From Verrucomicrobiota bacterium (GTDB lineage Bacteria > Verrucomicrobiota > Verrucomicrobiia > Limisphaerales > CANJXF01), in NCBI GenBank assembly GCA_038214755.1, contig JBBQRQ010000001.1:64001-128000 (forward strand): a stretch of 64,000 nucleotides of DNA, written 5' to 3'. Shown piece after piece: positions 38,267 to 50,240 of this stretch. Made by a program: the position numbers and the translations under genes. The notes under the pieces are model-generated. The model saw nothing but the letters and a program-made list of their open reading frames with translations, searched no databases and was not told where the DNA came from. How positions within the stretch are numbered: the first letter of the stretch is position 1; each line of letters starts with the position of its first letter.

Positions 38267-40822
38267 ATGATAAAAAATCTTTTTTTTCTGGTCTTGTTTT
38301 TTTTCCTTCTCATTGGCCGCGCGCAAATCGGCGATAAGATCGACAAGCCCGGCGAACTTCAAAAACCGCTCGTCCCAAAAGAATTAATTCCGCCAGCGCC
38401 CGCCCGTTCGCCTGCTGATGAAATGAAAACATTTCAGCTCGCTGGCGGCCTGCGCATCGAACTCGTCGCCAGCGAACCTTTGATTGAAGATCCCGTCGCG
38501 GCGCAATTCGATCAGGACGGAAAACTTTGGGTCGTCGAAATGCGCGCCTTTATGAATGACCTCGAGGGAAGTGGCGAAGACTCTCCGATTGGGCGCGTAT
38601 CTGTTTTACGCGACACCAATCACGACGGCAAAATGGACCAGAGCACCGTGTTCCTCGATGGCCTGATCATGCCGCGCGCCGTCATGCCAGTCGCCGGAGG
38701 AGTTTTGATTGGCGCGCCGCCCAAACTATGGTTTTGCCGCGACACAAACGGCGATGACAAGATCGACGAAAAAATCGAAATCGCTTCCGACTACGGCGTG
38801 CAGGTTGATCCCAAACGCCCGGAACTCGCCAATCCCGAACGCGCTCCGAACAGTCCGCTGTGGAATTTGGACAACTGGATTTATAGCGCGGCCTACATGA
38901 CTCGATTTCGTTACGTCCATGGCGAGTGGAAAAATGGACTGACCATTTTTCGCGGGCAATATGGTTTGAGCCGTGACGATTCCGGTCATCTTTTTTACAA
39001 TTCCAATAGCGACCAACTTCGCGGTGATCTCATCCCGTCGCACTACTTGAATCGCAATCCGAATCTTTCTCGCGCCAATGGTGTGAACGTGAAAATTCCT
39101 GACAACCAACTCGTCTGGCCCGCGCGCGTGAATCCTGGAATCAATCGCGGTTACAAACCCGAATTGTTGCGCGACGGAAAATTGAAAGAATTCACCGCCG
39201 CAAATTCTCCGTTTATTTATCGCGGCGATCTTTTGCCAAAAGAATTTTACGGCAATGCGTTTGTTTGCGAACCCGCCGGGAATCTGGTTCGCCGCAACAT
39301 CCTGTTTGAAACCAACGGGTCGCTTGCCGCGGCCAATGCCTACAACCAAAAAGAATTTCTCACATCGACCGACGAACGATTTCGCCCGGTGAGTTTGACG
39401 AGCGGCCCCGATGGCGCGCTTTACATCGTCGATTTTTATCGCGGAGTTTTGGAGCATCGAATTTCTCTTACGACGTATTTGCGCAAACAAAGTGAGGAGC
39501 GCGGATTGGACAAGCCGCTGCATCTGGGCCGCATTTATCGAGTCGTGCCTGATGGAAAAATAGTTCGTAACAATCCGCCAAAATTTTCCAAAGAAACTCC
39601 TGAGCAATGGGCCACTCACCTCTCGGACGCAAACGGCTGGTCGCGCGATACCGCGCAACGACTGCTGGTCGAACGCGGCGATTTGTCCGTCGTTCCCGCG
39701 TTAAAAAAAATTGTTGCCATAGGAAAAAATCCGCTGGGAAAAGTCCACGCACTTTGGACTCTGGAAGGATTGAGCCAACTCGATTTGCCCACGATTAAAA
39801 ATGCTTTGCGCGACACAAATCCGAACGTCCGCGTCGCTGCCATTCGCGTTTCCGAAACGTTTTTTGACTCTGAAGAAAAACGCGAAATGTTGGAAATGCT
39901 TTTTCCGCCGGCGCAAGATTCTTCGACTGAAGTGCAACTCCAACTCGCTCTAACTCTCGGACAGGCCAAAGATAAATTTGCAGACGTGGTCATGGCGAAT
40001 CTCGCTCAATCATCTCTGACAAATCTGTTTTTGGCCGATGCAATTCTCAGCGGTGCGAGCGGCCGCGAATTGGAATTGCTCGAAAAAATCTCCAACGATT
40101 TGAGCAAAGAAAGAAATTTTGAGCGGGTGTTAAGTGGATTGGCGTCCTGCGTGGTGGTGGAGCGGCGAGGGGAGCGAATCAATCGCTTGTTGGAATTGAT
40201 CGCCTCGTTGAAATCAACCGACCATCAGCAACTTTTGCTCGATGGAATTTTTTCCACCAGCGCTGTCACTGCAAAGAAGCCGGTGAAATTGTCCGTCGAG
40301 CCGGCGGCGCTCGTTGCGCTGGAAAAAAATTCGAGTAAGGAAATCCAGTCTCGCGCCAAAAAAATTTCCGCGCTGTTGACCTGGCCGGGAAAGCCCGGCG
40401 CGAAACCAGAGCCAATTATTCCGCCGCTTTCGCCTGAAGAAAAAAAACGATTTGACGATGGCAAAATTTTGTTCGCGGCCAGTTGCGCGGCTTGTCATCA
40501 GGTTCACGGATTGGGCATGGACGGACTCGCTCCTCCGCTGGTCGATTCAGAATGGGTGCTCGGCGCCGAGGAGCGGCTCGTGCGTATCGTGCTCAATGGT
40601 TTGACCGGGCCGCTTCGCGTGAAGGGACAAAGCTGGCATCTCGACATGCCCGCGCTGGGAATATTTGATGACGAACAGATCGCGGCAGTTTTGACCTACA
40701 TTCGTCGCGACTGGGAAAATGGCGCCGCGCCCGTTCGTCCGGATAGAGTGAAGAAAATTCGCGCTGAAAATGTCGCACGTCAGGAGGCCTGGAGCGCGCC
40801 GGAGTTGTTGCGAATACCATAG
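38267..40822 (+). CDS. PVC-type membrane-bound dehydrogenase-like protein with HEAT repeats and a c-type cytochrome
   Basis: ELVASEPLIEDPVA, FRPV...GPDGALYIVD and CAACH motifs. Confidence 0.88.
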   Translation: MIKNLFFLVLFFFLLIGRAQIGDKIDKPGELQKPLVPKELIPPAPARSPADEMKTFQLAGGLRIELVASEPLIEDPVAAQFDQDGKLWVVEMRAFMNDLEGSGEDSPIGRVSVLRDTNHDGKMDQSTVFLDGLIMPRAVMPVAGGVLIGAPPKLWFCRDTNGDDKIDEKIEIASDYGVQVDPKRPELANPERAPNSPLWNLDNWIYSAAYMTRFRYVHGEWKNGLTIFRGQYGLSRDDSGHLFYNSNSDQLRGDLIPSHYLNRNPNLSRANGVNVKIPDNQLVWPARVNPGINRGYKPELLRDGKLKEFTAANSPFIYRGDLLPKEFYGNAFVCEPAGNLVRRNILFETNGSLAAANAYNQKEFLTSTDERFRPVSLTSGPDGALYIVDFYRGVLEHRISLTTYLRKQSEERGLDKPLHLGRIYRVVPDGKIVRNNPPKFSKETPEQWATHLSDANGWSRDTAQRLLVERGDLSVVPALKKIVAIGKNPLGKVHALWTLEGLSQLDLPTIKNALRDTNPNVRVAAIRVSETFFDSEEKREMLEMLFPPAQDSSTEVQLQLALTLGQAKDKFADVVMANLAQSSLTNLFLADAILSGASGRELELLEKISNDLSKERNFERVLSGLASCVVVERRGERINRLLELIASLKSTDHQQLLLDGIFSTSAVTAKKPVKLSVEPAALVALEKNSSKEIQSRAKKISALLTWPGKPGAKPEPIIPPLSPEEKKRFDDGKILFAASCAACHQVHGLGMDGLAPPLVDSEWVLGAEERLVRIVLNGLTGPLRVKGQSWHLDMPALGIFDDEQIAAVLTYIRRDWENGAAPVRPDRVKKIRAENVARQEAWSAPELLRIP

Positions 40823-40824
40823 GG

Positions 40825-41014
40825 GTAGCATCTGCCGCCGGCGGGTGCGAAACCATTTCAAGAGCGGTTGAGGGCCACCGCAGTCCAAGACGCTCGCGCG
40901 AATTCGATGGTGCATGAATCGCGCGACAGCGTCTTGGACTGCGGTGGCCCTCCACCGCTTTTTGGGAACGCTCAACATTGAATTTCTTTCGCACCCGCCG
41001 GAGGCAGATGCTAC
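40825..41014. repeat. Nested palindrome C > (GAGGGCCACCGCAGTCCAAGACGC)
   Basis: Inner doublet at about 40860-40962. Confidence 0.88.
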
Positions 41015-41122
41015 CCCGTTCGCGCGGCAACGTTTTCTTTGACTCGCAAGGTTGCTTTGCTAGATTCGCGCCTCGATTTTTTGCGGAATTTCCCAAAGAA
41101 GAACAACCAACGCAGTTAATTT

Positions 41123-43864
41123 ATGGCATCTAAAACTCACAAATACGTTTACACCTGGGGCAACAAAAAAGCCGACGGCAACGGCTCGATGAAACCTCTC
41201 CTCGGCGGCAAAGGCGCGAACCTCGCCGAGATGACGCGAATCGGTTTGCCGGTGCCGCCCGGATTCACCATCACGACCGAGGTCTGCACTTATTTTTACG
41301 CGCACAAAAAAACGTATCCGAAAGAACTCCAGGCGCAGATGCAGGCGGGAATCGCCAACATGGAACGCATCATGGGCTGCAAATTTGGCGACGCGAAAGC
41401 GATGCCGCTCCTCGTCGCCGTTCGTTCCGGCGCGCGCGATTCGATGCCGGGCATGATGGACACCATTTTGAATCTCGGCTTGAACGATCAAACCGTTTTG
41501 TCCCTCGCCGCCGCCACGAAGAATGAGCGTTTCGCGTGGGATTGTTATCGGCGGTTTATCCAGATGTATGGCGATGTCGTGATGGGCGTGCAGAAACGCG
41601 AAGGGGAAGAGCATGAGCCTTTTGAAACGGTGATCGAAAAATTAAAGGAAGAATTATTTCCCAGCCGTCACGACGTGCAAGACACAAAGATCGACGCGGC
41701 CGGTTTGAAAATTTTGGTCCATCGCTTCAAGGATTTGGTCAAGTATCGCGCGGGAAAAGAATTTCCAAACGATCCGTGGGACCAACTGCGCGGCGCGGCG
41801 GGCGCGGTCTTTGGCTCGTGGATGAATGACCGCGCCATGGTCTATCGTCGCAAATATAATATTCCTTCCGAATGGGGAACGGCCGTCAACGTGCAAGCAA
41901 TGGTTTATGGCAACACCGGCGAGACGTCCGGTTCCGGTGTGGCCTTCACACGCAATCCAGCCAACGGCGCGAACGAATTTTACGGAGAATTTCTCATCAA
42001 CGCGCAAGGCGAAGATGTCGTCGCCGGCGTCCGCACTCCCGAACCGGTCTTGAAATTGAAAGACCAGATGCCGAAATCCTACGCGGAGTTGCTCAAGGTC
42101 CGCGCTACGTTGGAAAAACATTTCAAGGACGTGCAGGACATCGAGTTCACAATTCAAGATGGCAAGTTGTTCATGCTCCAAACGCGCAACGGCAAACGCA
42201 CCGCCATGGCCGCGCTGAAATTTTCGATGGACATGGTCCGTGAGAAACTCATCGATTGGCAGACCGCGATTGTTCGCAACCCCGCCGACCAACTCGATCA
42301 GTTGCTCGCGCCCGTGTTTGATCGCAACGCGATTAAATCCGCAAAAGTCATCGCGCGAGGTTTGCCGGCGGGTCCTGGCGCGGCGACCGGCAAAATTTAT
42401 TTCAATGCCGACCGCGCGGTTCAAGCCGCGGGTCTTGGCGAAAAAGTTTTGTTAGTTCGCATCGAAACGTCGCCGGAAGATTTGCGGGGAATGATTGCGG
42501 CGGAAGGAATCCTTACCGCGCGCGGCGGCGTCAGTTCACACGCGGCGCTGGTCGCTCGGCAAATGGGAAAAGTTTGCGTCTGCGGCGCGAGCGCGTTGCA
42601 GGTGGATTACAATGCCAAGACGCTGACCGTGGATGGGCAAAAATTTAAGGAAGGCGATTTCCTTTCCATCGATGGTACGGCGGGTGAAGTTTATGCTGGC
42701 GAGGTAAAAACCGCTGCCTCGGAAATCATCCAGGTGCTCGTCGAAAAATCTCTCAACGGGAAAAAAAGCAAAACCTACCAGGACTTCGCGCAGTTGATGA
42801 ATTGGTGCAACAAAGTCACTCGCCTCCAAGTCCGCACCAACGCTGACAACCCGGAACAAACCGCCAACGCCGTCGCCTTCGGCGCCACCGGCATCGGCCT
42901 TTGCCGTACGGAGCATATGTTCTTCGAGGGAGATCGCATCGACGCCATGCGCGAAATGATTCTGGCGAACAACACGGACGACCGCAAAAAAGCGCTCGCG
43001 AAGTTGTTGCCTTACCAACGAGCAGATTTCGACGGCATGTTCAAAGAGTTGAAAGGTTTCCCCGCGACGATTCGCTTTCTTGATCCGCCCTTGCACGAAT
43101 TTTTACCGCACGATAAAGCTGCTCAAACGGAGTTGGCCAATAAACTCAACGTGCCCGTCGAGAAAATTACGAAGCGCGTTCACGAATTGCACGAATTCAA
43201 TCCGATGCTCGGTCATCGCGGTTGTCGCCTTGGGATTGCCTATCCCGAAATTTCCGAGATGCAGGCGCGCGCTGTTTTTGAAGCCGCCGCCGAAGTTCAG
43301 AAAAAAGGCATCAAGTGCAAACCGGAAATCATGATCCCGCTCGTTGGCTTCAAAAAAGAATTTGATCTGCAACTCGAACTCGTCCATCGCGTCGCGCAGG
43401 AAGTGGAGAAAGAAAAAAAGGTGAAGCTGAATTATCTCGTCGGCACGATGATCGAGGTGCCGCGCGGCGCGTTGACCGCGGACGAGATTGCGCAGACCGC
43501 GGAATTTTTTAGCTTCGGCACCAACGACCTCACGCAAACCTGCCTCGGTATGAGCCGTGATGATTCGGGCACGTTCCTCCCGAAATATCAGGAGCAGGAA
43601 ATCGTAAAACAAAATCCATTTGCCAGCATCGACCAAAGCGGTGTCGGCCAACTTATGCAAATCGCCGTGGAAAAAGGTCGCAGGACGCGGCCCGACATCA
43701 AGCTCGGCATTTGCGGCGAACACGGCGGCGATCCCGGTAGCGTGAAATTCTGTCATCGCCTCGGATTGAACTACGTCAGTTGCTCGCCCTTCCGCGTGCC
43801 GATTGCCCGGCTTGCCGCGGCGCAGGCTGCCTTGGAAGAAAAGAAAAGTGCGAAGAAAAAATAA
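41123..43864 (+). CDS. ppdK: Pyruvate, phosphate dikinase
   Basis: [31 protein letters not shown] and GICGEHGG motifs. Confidence 0.98.
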   Translation: MASKTHKYVYTWGNKKADGNGSMKPLLGGKGANLAEMTRIGLPVPPGFTITTEVCTYFYAHKKTYPKELQAQMQAGIANMERIMGCKFGDAKAMPLLVAVRSGARDSMPGMMDTILNLGLNDQTVLSLAAATKNERFAWDCYRRFIQMYGDVVMGVQKREGEEHEPFETVIEKLKEELFPSRHDVQDTKIDAAGLKILVHRFKDLVKYRAGKEFPNDPWDQLRGAAGAVFGSWMNDRAMVYRRKYNIPSEWGTAVNVQAMVYGNTGETSGSGVAFTRNPANGANEFYGEFLINAQGEDVVAGVRTPEPVLKLKDQMPKSYAELLKVRATLEKHFKDVQDIEFTIQDGKLFMLQTRNGKRTAMAALKFSMDMVREKLIDWQTAIVRNPADQLDQLLAPVFDRNAIKSAKVIARGLPAGPGAATGKIYFNADRAVQAAGLGEKVLLVRIETSPEDLRGMIAAEGILTARGGVSSHAALVARQMGKVCVCGASALQVDYNAKTLTVDGQKFKEGDFLSIDGTAGEVYAGEVKTAASEIIQVLVEKSLNGKKSKTYQDFAQLMNWCNKVTRLQVRTNADNPEQTANAVAFGATGIGLCRTEHMFFEGDRIDAMREMILANNTDDRKKALAKLLPYQRADFDGMFKELKGFPATIRFLDPPLHEFLPHDKAAQTELANKLNVPVEKITKRVHELHEFNPMLGHRGCRLGIAYPEISEMQARAVFEAAAEVQKKGIKCKPEIMIPLVGFKKEFDLQLELVHRVAQEVEKEKKVKLNYLVGTMIEVPRGALTADEIAQTAEFFSFGTNDLTQTCLGMSRDDSGTFLPKYQEQEIVKQNPFASIDQSGVGQLMQIAVEKGRRTRPDIKLGICGEHGGDPGSVKFCHRLGLNYVSCSPFRVPIARLAAAQAALEEKKSAKKK

Positions 43865-43878
43865 TTGTTAGAAATCAA

Positions 43879-43912
43879 AGCCGCTGGAAATTCCAGCGGC
43901 TCTTTCTTTTTT
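43879..43912 (+). terminator. Intrinsic terminator after ppdK
   Basis: AGCCGCTGGAAATTCCAGCGGCT followed by a T-rich tail. Confidence 0.8.
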
Positions 43913-43939
43913 TGGAATTGCGGAAAAAAGAAGTCATCC

Positions 43940-44003
43940 CGCACCCGCCGGAGGCAGATGCTACCCAACGCGCCGTGGGTAGCATCTGCCTCCGGCGGGT
44001 GCG
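43940..44003. repeat. Family C pair in outward (GTAG-inside) orientation
   Basis: CGCACCC...GCTACC-spacer-GGTAGC...GGGTGCG. Confidence 0.85.
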
Positions 44004-44033
44004 AATAAAATTCCTGGGTACCCAATTGTTTAG

Positions 44034-45908
44034 ATGAACGCAAATCGCAATCGTTTTTTTCTCCTTTCGTGGCTGTTGACGTTGCTGGTGCTGCGCGGGT
44101 TATTGCCCAACGGGGCGTTTTCGGACCTCTTCACTTCGCTCTACACTATTTTTTCTTATGGCAGTTACGCGGCGATTTATCTCGCACCAACATTTATCGC
44201 GGTCTGGTTATTGGAACGTTTTGCTCACGCGAGAAAAACAGCGGCGGCCGTCGCAGTATTCGGCACCGGGCTGGCCATTGTTTTATTGTATGCCGACGCG
44301 AAGATCCGTTCGCTCTACGGATTTCACATCAATGGTTTCGTTATCAATCTGGTGCGCACGCCCGGCGGTCTCGACTCTCTCGGTGCGGACACCGGCACGA
44401 AAATCGGATTCATTCTAATCGTTGTCGCGGTATTCGGAATGCAATGGGGTTTATGGATTTTTTGTCAGCGAAAATTTTGGCCAAAATTCCCGTTGCCAAA
44501 AATTTTCGCCTTCATCTTGTGTGGACTCTTGGCCGTCCACCTCAGCGAACGCGTCATGTACGGCTTGGCCGACATCCAATCGCGCGACGCGGCGTTGGGC
44601 GTGGCCGAAAGTTTGCCGTTTCATCAACATTTCACTTTTCGAAAACTGGGAAAAAAACTGGGCCTTGCCATTCCGCCTCGACAAAAAATTGCCATCAAAT
44701 CCGGAGGGCGATTGAATTATCCCGCGCAGCCTTTGCGCGTCGTGCCGCCAGCAAAACCGTTAAACGTCATCTGGCTCGTCTCCGAATCCTTGCGCGCCGA
44801 TATGTTGAATGCCGAAGTCATGCCTGCGACCTGGGACTACGCAAAAAAAGGAATGCGTTTCACCAAACATTTCAGCGGGGGCAACGGCACGCGCATGGGA
44901 GTGTTCTCGATGTTCAGCGGGTTGGCGGGCAGTTATTGGTTTTCGTTTATTTACGAGGAGCGCAGCGCGGCGGTGATGGATGTGTTGATGCAGGAAAGCT
45001 ACGATCTTCATTTGTCCACCGCGCAGTCGTTTACTTACCCGGAATTTGATCGAACTATTTTTTCGCGCGTGCCACGCGACCGAATGCACGTCGATGAAAA
45101 TGGCAACGGTTACGAACGCGATCAACGCAATGTTGCTCGGATCATTCAGACGCTCGATCAACGCGATTCAAAAAAACCAATTTTCATTTTCAATTTTTTC
45201 GAGTCGCCGCACGCGCGTTACTATTTTCCGCCGGAAGCCGTGATTCGCCCGAATTATTTAAAAGATTTTAATTATGCGCGCATGGATTTGCCCGCGCTCA
45301 AACGCGACATCAACGGCATTCGTGATCGCTACATCAACTCAGTCCACGCACTCGACTTGAATCTCGCGCCGCTTTGGAAATATTTGGAAGCGCATCACCT
45401 CCGCGACGACACGATCATTATTTTCACCGGCGACCACGGGGAGGAATTCATGGAGAAAGGCCGCTGGGGACATAATTCGGAATTTGTGAACGAGCAAATC
45501 CAAACGCCGCTGGTGCTTTGGGTCCCTGAACATGTGCCGGCGGTAGAGGATCGATTGTCATCGCACATGGATTTGACCGCGACGCTCATGCCTCTCCTCG
45601 GCGTGCAAAATCCGGCCGCCGATTATTCGTTGGGTTTTAATTTATTGGAGAATCCGGCGCGGCATTACGTGATCTTGTCGGATTGGGACCGCGTCGCGTA
45701 TGTGGACGCAGATATCAAGTTCACCGTGCCGACATCGACCAAAGGATTTTTTCGCCAACGCGTCACGGATTTTAGTGATCAGCCGATCGCGGACTCGTCT
45801 GCCGTCTTGAAAGAAAAAAGACCGGAACTGATGGAGTTGATGCAGGACATCAGCCGGTTTTACCGCAAGCCGAAGTCAAAAAAGTCGGAGGCAACCACCA
45901 CGAAGTAA
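44034..45908 (+). CDS. Membrane-anchored sulfatase-fold protein (YejM/DUF3413-like)
   Basis: About five N-terminal TM helices; YGFHING, ESLRAD, SGGNGTR and TGDHGEEF motifs. Confidence 0.85.
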   Translation: MNANRNRFFLLSWLLTLLVLRGLLPNGAFSDLFTSLYTIFSYGSYAAIYLAPTFIAVWLLERFAHARKTAAAVAVFGTGLAIVLLYADAKIRSLYGFHINGFVINLVRTPGGLDSLGADTGTKIGFILIVVAVFGMQWGLWIFCQRKFWPKFPLPKIFAFILCGLLAVHLSERVMYGLADIQSRDAALGVAESLPFHQHFTFRKLGKKLGLAIPPRQKIAIKSGGRLNYPAQPLRVVPPAKPLNVIWLVSESLRADMLNAEVMPATWDYAKKGMRFTKHFSGGNGTRMGVFSMFSGLAGSYWFSFIYEERSAAVMDVLMQESYDLHLSTAQSFTYPEFDRTIFSRVPRDRMHVDENGNGYERDQRNVARIIQTLDQRDSKKPIFIFNFFESPHARYYFPPEAVIRPNYLKDFNYARMDLPALKRDINGIRDRYINSVHALDLNLAPLWKYLEAHHLRDDTIIIFTGDHGEEFMEKGRWGHNSEFVNEQIQTPLVLWVPEHVPAVEDRLSSHMDLTATLMPLLGVQNPAADYSLGFNLLENPARHYVILSDWDRVAYVDADIKFTVPTSTKGFFRQRVTDFSDQPIADSSAVLKEKRPELMELMQDISRFYRKPKSKKSEATTTK

Positions 45909-45932
45909 TAGACGCAGACGAAATTTGTTTTC

Positions 45933-45966
45933 AAAAAGCGGCTCGTGAAAACGGGCGGCTTTTTTC
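45933..45966. terminator. Probable bidirectional terminator between convergent genes
   Basis: AAAAAGCGGCTCGT...ACGGGCGGCTTTTTT. Confidence 0.55.
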
Positions 45967-47447
45967 ACGAGAGGATTTCCGAAATAGGTTGCCCATGATC
46001 GAGGTCCAATCTTTTGCGTCCCGGCACTTCGAGCTTGTGCGAATCCAAACCGAGTTGCTGCAAAACGGTAGCGTGAAGGTCGGTGATAAAATGCCGGTTC
46101 TCCACCGCGTGGTAGCCGAGTTCATCCGTAGCACCATGCACCACTCCGCCTTTGACTCCGCCTCCCGCAAGCCACGCGCAAAAACCTTGTGGATGATGAT
46201 CGCGCCCGGTGCCTTCCGCTCCCGGCGTGCGGCCGAATTCCGTTCCAAAAACAACCAACGTCTCCTCCAGCAAACCGCGTTGTTTGAGGTCTTTCAGCAA
46301 ACCCGCAATCGGTTGATCGACTTGAGCCGCAAGTTTAGTGTGATTGGTTTTGATTTCTGAATGGGAATCCCACGCGCCGCCGCCGCCGCCGCCGTGAAAG
46401 ATCTGCACGAAGCGAACGCCGCGTTCCACCAATCGCCGCGCCACCAGACATTGTTCGCCAAAGGATTTCGTTTCGTCCTTGTCCAGTCCGTAAAGTGATT
46501 TGGTTTCGGCAGATTCTTTTTCGAGATTGACCGTTTCAGGAACCGACATCTGCATTTGAAAAGCGAGTTCGTAGGATTTAATTCGCGCCTGAAGATTTTT
46601 ATCGTCGGGATAATCGATCCCGGCCAGCCGGTTCAATCGGCCAATCAAACTGAAATTTTCCATCTGCTCTTCCTGCGAAATTTTTTCAGCAGGCGCGATA
46701 AACGGCATCGGATTTTTCGCATTCACTTTCAGATGAACACCGGCGTATTGCGGCCCCAGGTAACTCGCGCCGAACGACCACGAACCGCCGCAGCAATCTC
46801 CCACCGGCTGACCCAGCACGACATACTCCGGCAAATTTTCATTCAACGTGCCCAGACCGTATGCGACCCAAGAGCCGATGGTGGGGAACGCTCCCTCTCG
46901 CGGATGCCGCCCCGTCTGAAAGGTGAGTTGCGTTCCATGATCGTTGTGCAACGTCCAGAGCGAGCGCACCACCGCAATGTCATCCGCGCATTCACCGATT
47001 TTTTGAAACCAATCGCCGACGACGAGACCGCTTTGCCCGTAAGTTTTGTAACCCGTCTGAAGCGGCATGATGATCTTGCGCGTGGAATGCGTGGCGTTGG
47101 CATCGACTACATTCTTGTCCGCTTTGCCACCCGCAATCGCATCTTTGTAAGGCGTTTCTTCAATCGACTTGCCAGCGTATTTGTTCAACTCCGGTTTGAT
47201 GTCAAAACTTTCGACATGACTCACACCGCCGCACATGAAAATCCAGATGACCGATTTCGCTTTGGGTTGAAAATGCGCCTTCCCGTCGGGCGCGCGCCAC
47301 GTTTGCCCGATGGAATCGGCTTTGAGAATTCCTTCTTTGAAAAACATCGCGCCCAACGCGAGGCCGGTAAAACCCATCCCGGTGTCCGCGAGAAAAGAAC
47401 GTCGCGAAATGCCCGGGCATTTGTGCGGATTGGAATCAGGTTTCATA
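45965..47447 (-). CDS. DUF1501 protein with a Tat-like signal
   Basis: SRRSFL, AKSVIWIFMCGG, ARRLVERGVRFVQ and EFGRTP motifs. Confidence 0.92.
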
Positions 47448-47453
47448 GCGGCT

Positions 47454-50240
47454 TCAGCGGATGGTGACAAAATCGGTGTGATTAAACAAAATTAAAATCA
47501 AGTTTTGTCGCGCCCGTTCTTGCGGAGAAGGCGCGGACGGCGGTTTGGCCGCGTTAGATTTTGCATTTGCCACAACTGGTTTTTCGTCCACAGATTTTTT
47601 CTCCTGCTCCATGCGTTCCGTTTGTTTCTGGAGAAATTCCTGACAAAGTTTCAGTTCGCTGGCCTTTGGTTTCCGATTCAAAATTCGCTCAAAAGATTTT
47701 TGGATAAACGAATCCGATTTTTCTTTTTCAAAATCAGCGGCCAAAACTTTCGCCTGTGCAAAACTCAATTCGCTATTCGCCAGCGCCAGCGCTTGTTGCG
47801 GCATCACGCTCGGTTTCCTTTCGTAACATTCAGTCACGCTCGGCCCGTTAAAAATTTGCATGAACTCAGACTCTTTTTCCGCCGCGTTCTGGATGTAAAG
47901 ACTGCGACGCTTGGAGGCCAGCGCCTTCGCCGAAGGAATTTCCGGCCCGCCCATTTTTTCATCAAGCTGCCCGGTGACATAAAGCAGATTATCCCGCACC
48001 GATTCGGCTTCCATGCGCTGCGGATTCATCCGCCACAAATAAACATTGTCCTGATCCAGGCGCGCGTTGGCGGCGTCCCAACTCGACGACATTCGATACG
48101 CGCTGCTCGTCACCAGGAGCCGGTGCATTTTTTTCATGCTCCAGTTTTGCGCCATGAATTCCGCGGCGAGCCAATCCAACAATTTGGGATTCGACGGCGG
48201 TCGTCCGTTGCCGCCGAATTCATCGACGGAGGGGACAATCGCCTGGCCGAAATGCCGCAACCAAACGTGATTCATCGCCACTCGCGCCGTCAGCGGATTA
48301 TTTTTCTCAGTGACCCAGTTCGCAAAAGCCCGACGACGTCCGGTGCTCGTCGTGGGATATTTTTCAATCTGTCGCGATTTGTAGCTGGTGGTTACCGGTT
48401 CATTTAAATCTTTCTCCGCTTCGGCAAAGGCTTTTTCGGCCTTGTTGAAATTGGTCTCCGCCGACTTTAAAACTTTCATCGCTCGGTCGAGCAAATCTGT
48501 GTTGGCAGCAAGTTCCGCAGCCACCGTGGTATTCGTCTTTTTCGCTGCTTCATCCACTTTTGCCTGAGCATCGGCTTGTTCTTTGCGAAGCGTTTCCAAT
48601 TTTTCTTTCGTTTCGAGCACGGCAAAATTTCTTTGCGCCGAACACGCTTCCCTCGCCGCAGCTTTCCACTCTGCCGAATCGCGTTTCTCTTCCAACTTTT
48701 CTGCGCGAATTGTTGCCAACACCGATTGCTGTTTCGCCTCGGCGAATTTTATTCTTCCTTCTGCTTCGACCATTTGTTCAGGCTTGGTCTCTTTATTATT
48801 TTTAAGTTTCTCCAACGCCGCTCGCGCCTCCGCCACCGTTTTTTCCACAGACGCGATGGCATTTTGCACATTGAACTCGCGACGGTCGGGTCGATACGCC
48901 AGCAACGGAAGTTGAACTGGCTCGACATGAAATTTCCCGCCGAGAAATTTCGGGACACCAGGAGTGATCACGATATTCGTGTCGGGAGTTCGTTCATCTC
49001 CCCGAATAAAAAATTGCGTCTTCGCCGTGAGGTTGGTGTCGAACACTCGCGGCAAGCCATCTTTCTTGATGTCCGGTTCGCTGGGCAGGCGATCGGTGCG
49101 CACGCCGTATGGCTCGAAGATGGCGCGCATGTTGTAATATTCCTTCTGCGGAATCGGGTCATACATATGGTTGTGGCATTTCGCGCAATGCATCGAGACG
49201 CCGAGAAACGCGCGCGACGTGTGGTTCATCGTGTCTTCCATCCACGCCTCGCGACTGAGCAATTTCCAATTGCGAACCAAATAGCCGGTGGCGCGCAACG
49301 CATCCGAATCTTCGGGCGCCAATTCGTCGGCAGCCCACATTTCGCGCACCATGCGGTCGTAGCTTTTGTCGCTGTTCAACGATTCGACAATCCAATCGCG
49401 CCAATGCCAGATGTGCGGTTTGCTGTCGCGAACTTCCTCCTTGTAGCCAGCCCAATCACTGTAGCGCCAGACATCCATCCAATGACGGCCCCAGCGTTCG
49501 CCGTAACGCGGATCGGCCAGAAGCCGTTCGACAACTTTCTCGTAAGAATTGCGCGAACGATCTTTGAGAAATGCCTGCATCTCATTCGGCGTTGGGATCA
49601 AGCCGATCAAATCCAGATAAACGCGGCGCAGTAAAATTTCTTTGGGCGCTTCAGGACGCGGCTTGAGCTTTTGGATTTCGTGTTGCTCGGCAATGAACGT
49701 GTCGATGGGATTTCGCGCCCATTTGGTATTTTTTACTTTCGGAACTTCAGGGCGAGTCACCGGCTCAAACGGTTTCCATTTGTAGGCGCTCAGGAATTTT
49801 TTAAAATCGGTCTGCTGTTTTGAAAGGCCACTTAATTCCTTTTCGTCAGGTTTGTCTTTGGCGTCGCCGGGAGCGTGATGCAAAAGTAGCTCGACCAAAT
49901 TTTCGACGCCGTCGCCATCGCTGTCTTCTTTGGAAATAATCGCGAGCCGCGTTGGGATGTCTTTTTTCTTTCCTGCGGAATCCAATTCTTCCCCAAGCCG
50001 TCTCAGTCGATCTCCAAATGGATTGTGCGGAAATTCATCCAGGCTTTCGGGCGCTTTCAATGTGCTCGGCAAATGGCACGTCGTGCAGGCATTCAATCGC
50101 GCATCGAGAAACGGGCCAAAATAATTTACCAGCGCTCGCTTGTTGGCGGGAGTGGCTTTGACTGAAGAACAAAAAACGGCGCAGCAAATAATTAGAATCG
50201 CCAAGAGAAAAAGTTTGGAAATTGAGCCTGACATTCGCAT
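47454..50240 (-). CDS. DUF1549/DUF1553 (PSD1) protein with CxxCH motifs
   Basis: YGERWGRHWMD, CAKCHNH, NPLTARV and LLDWLA motifs. Confidence 0.92.
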   Translation of the reverse strand: MRMSGSISKLFLLAILIICCAVFCSSVKATPANKRALVNYFGPFLDARLNACTTCHLPSTLKAPESLDEFPHNPFGDRLRRLGEELDSAGKKKDIPTRLAIISKEDSDGDGVENLVELLLHHAPGDAKDKPDEKELSGLSKQQTDFKKFLSAYKWKPFEPVTRPEVPKVKNTKWARNPIDTFIAEQHEIQKLKPRPEAPKEILLRRVYLDLIGLIPTPNEMQAFLKDRSRNSYEKVVERLLADPRYGERWGRHWMDVWRYSDWAGYKEEVRDSKPHIWHWRDWIVESLNSDKSYDRMVREMWAADELAPEDSDALRATGYLVRNWKLLSREAWMEDTMNHTSRAFLGVSMHCAKCHNHMYDPIPQKEYYNMRAIFEPYGVRTDRLPSEPDIKKDGLPRVFDTNLTAKTQFFIRGDERTPDTNIVITPGVPKFLGGKFHVEPVQLPLLAYRPDRREFNVQNAIASVEKTVAEARAALEKLKNNKETKPEQMVEAEGRIKFAEAKQQSVLATIRAEKLEEKRDSAEWKAAAREACSAQRNFAVLETKEKLETLRKEQADAQAKVDEAAKKTNTTVAAELAANTDLLDRAMKVLKSAETNFNKAEKAFAEAEKDLNEPVTTSYKSRQIEKYPTTSTGRRRAFANWVTEKNNPLTARVAMNHVWLRHFGQAIVPSVDEFGGNGRPPSNPKLLDWLAAEFMAQNWSMKKMHRLLVTSSAYRMSSSWDAANARLDQDNVYLWRMNPQRMEAESVRDNLLYVTGQLDEKMGGPEIPSAKALASKRRSLYIQNAAEKESEFMQIFNGPSVTECYERKPSVMPQQALALANSELSFAQAKVLAADFEKEKSDSFIQKSFERILNRKPKASELKLCQEFLQKQTERMEQEKKSVDEKPVVANAKSNAAKPPSAPSPQERARQNLILILFNHTDFVTIR

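Noticed and set aside
46556..49634. Long + strand ORFs of 300-350 aa
   Set aside because: They are antisense shadows of the DUF1501 and DUF1553 genes with no recognisable motifs.
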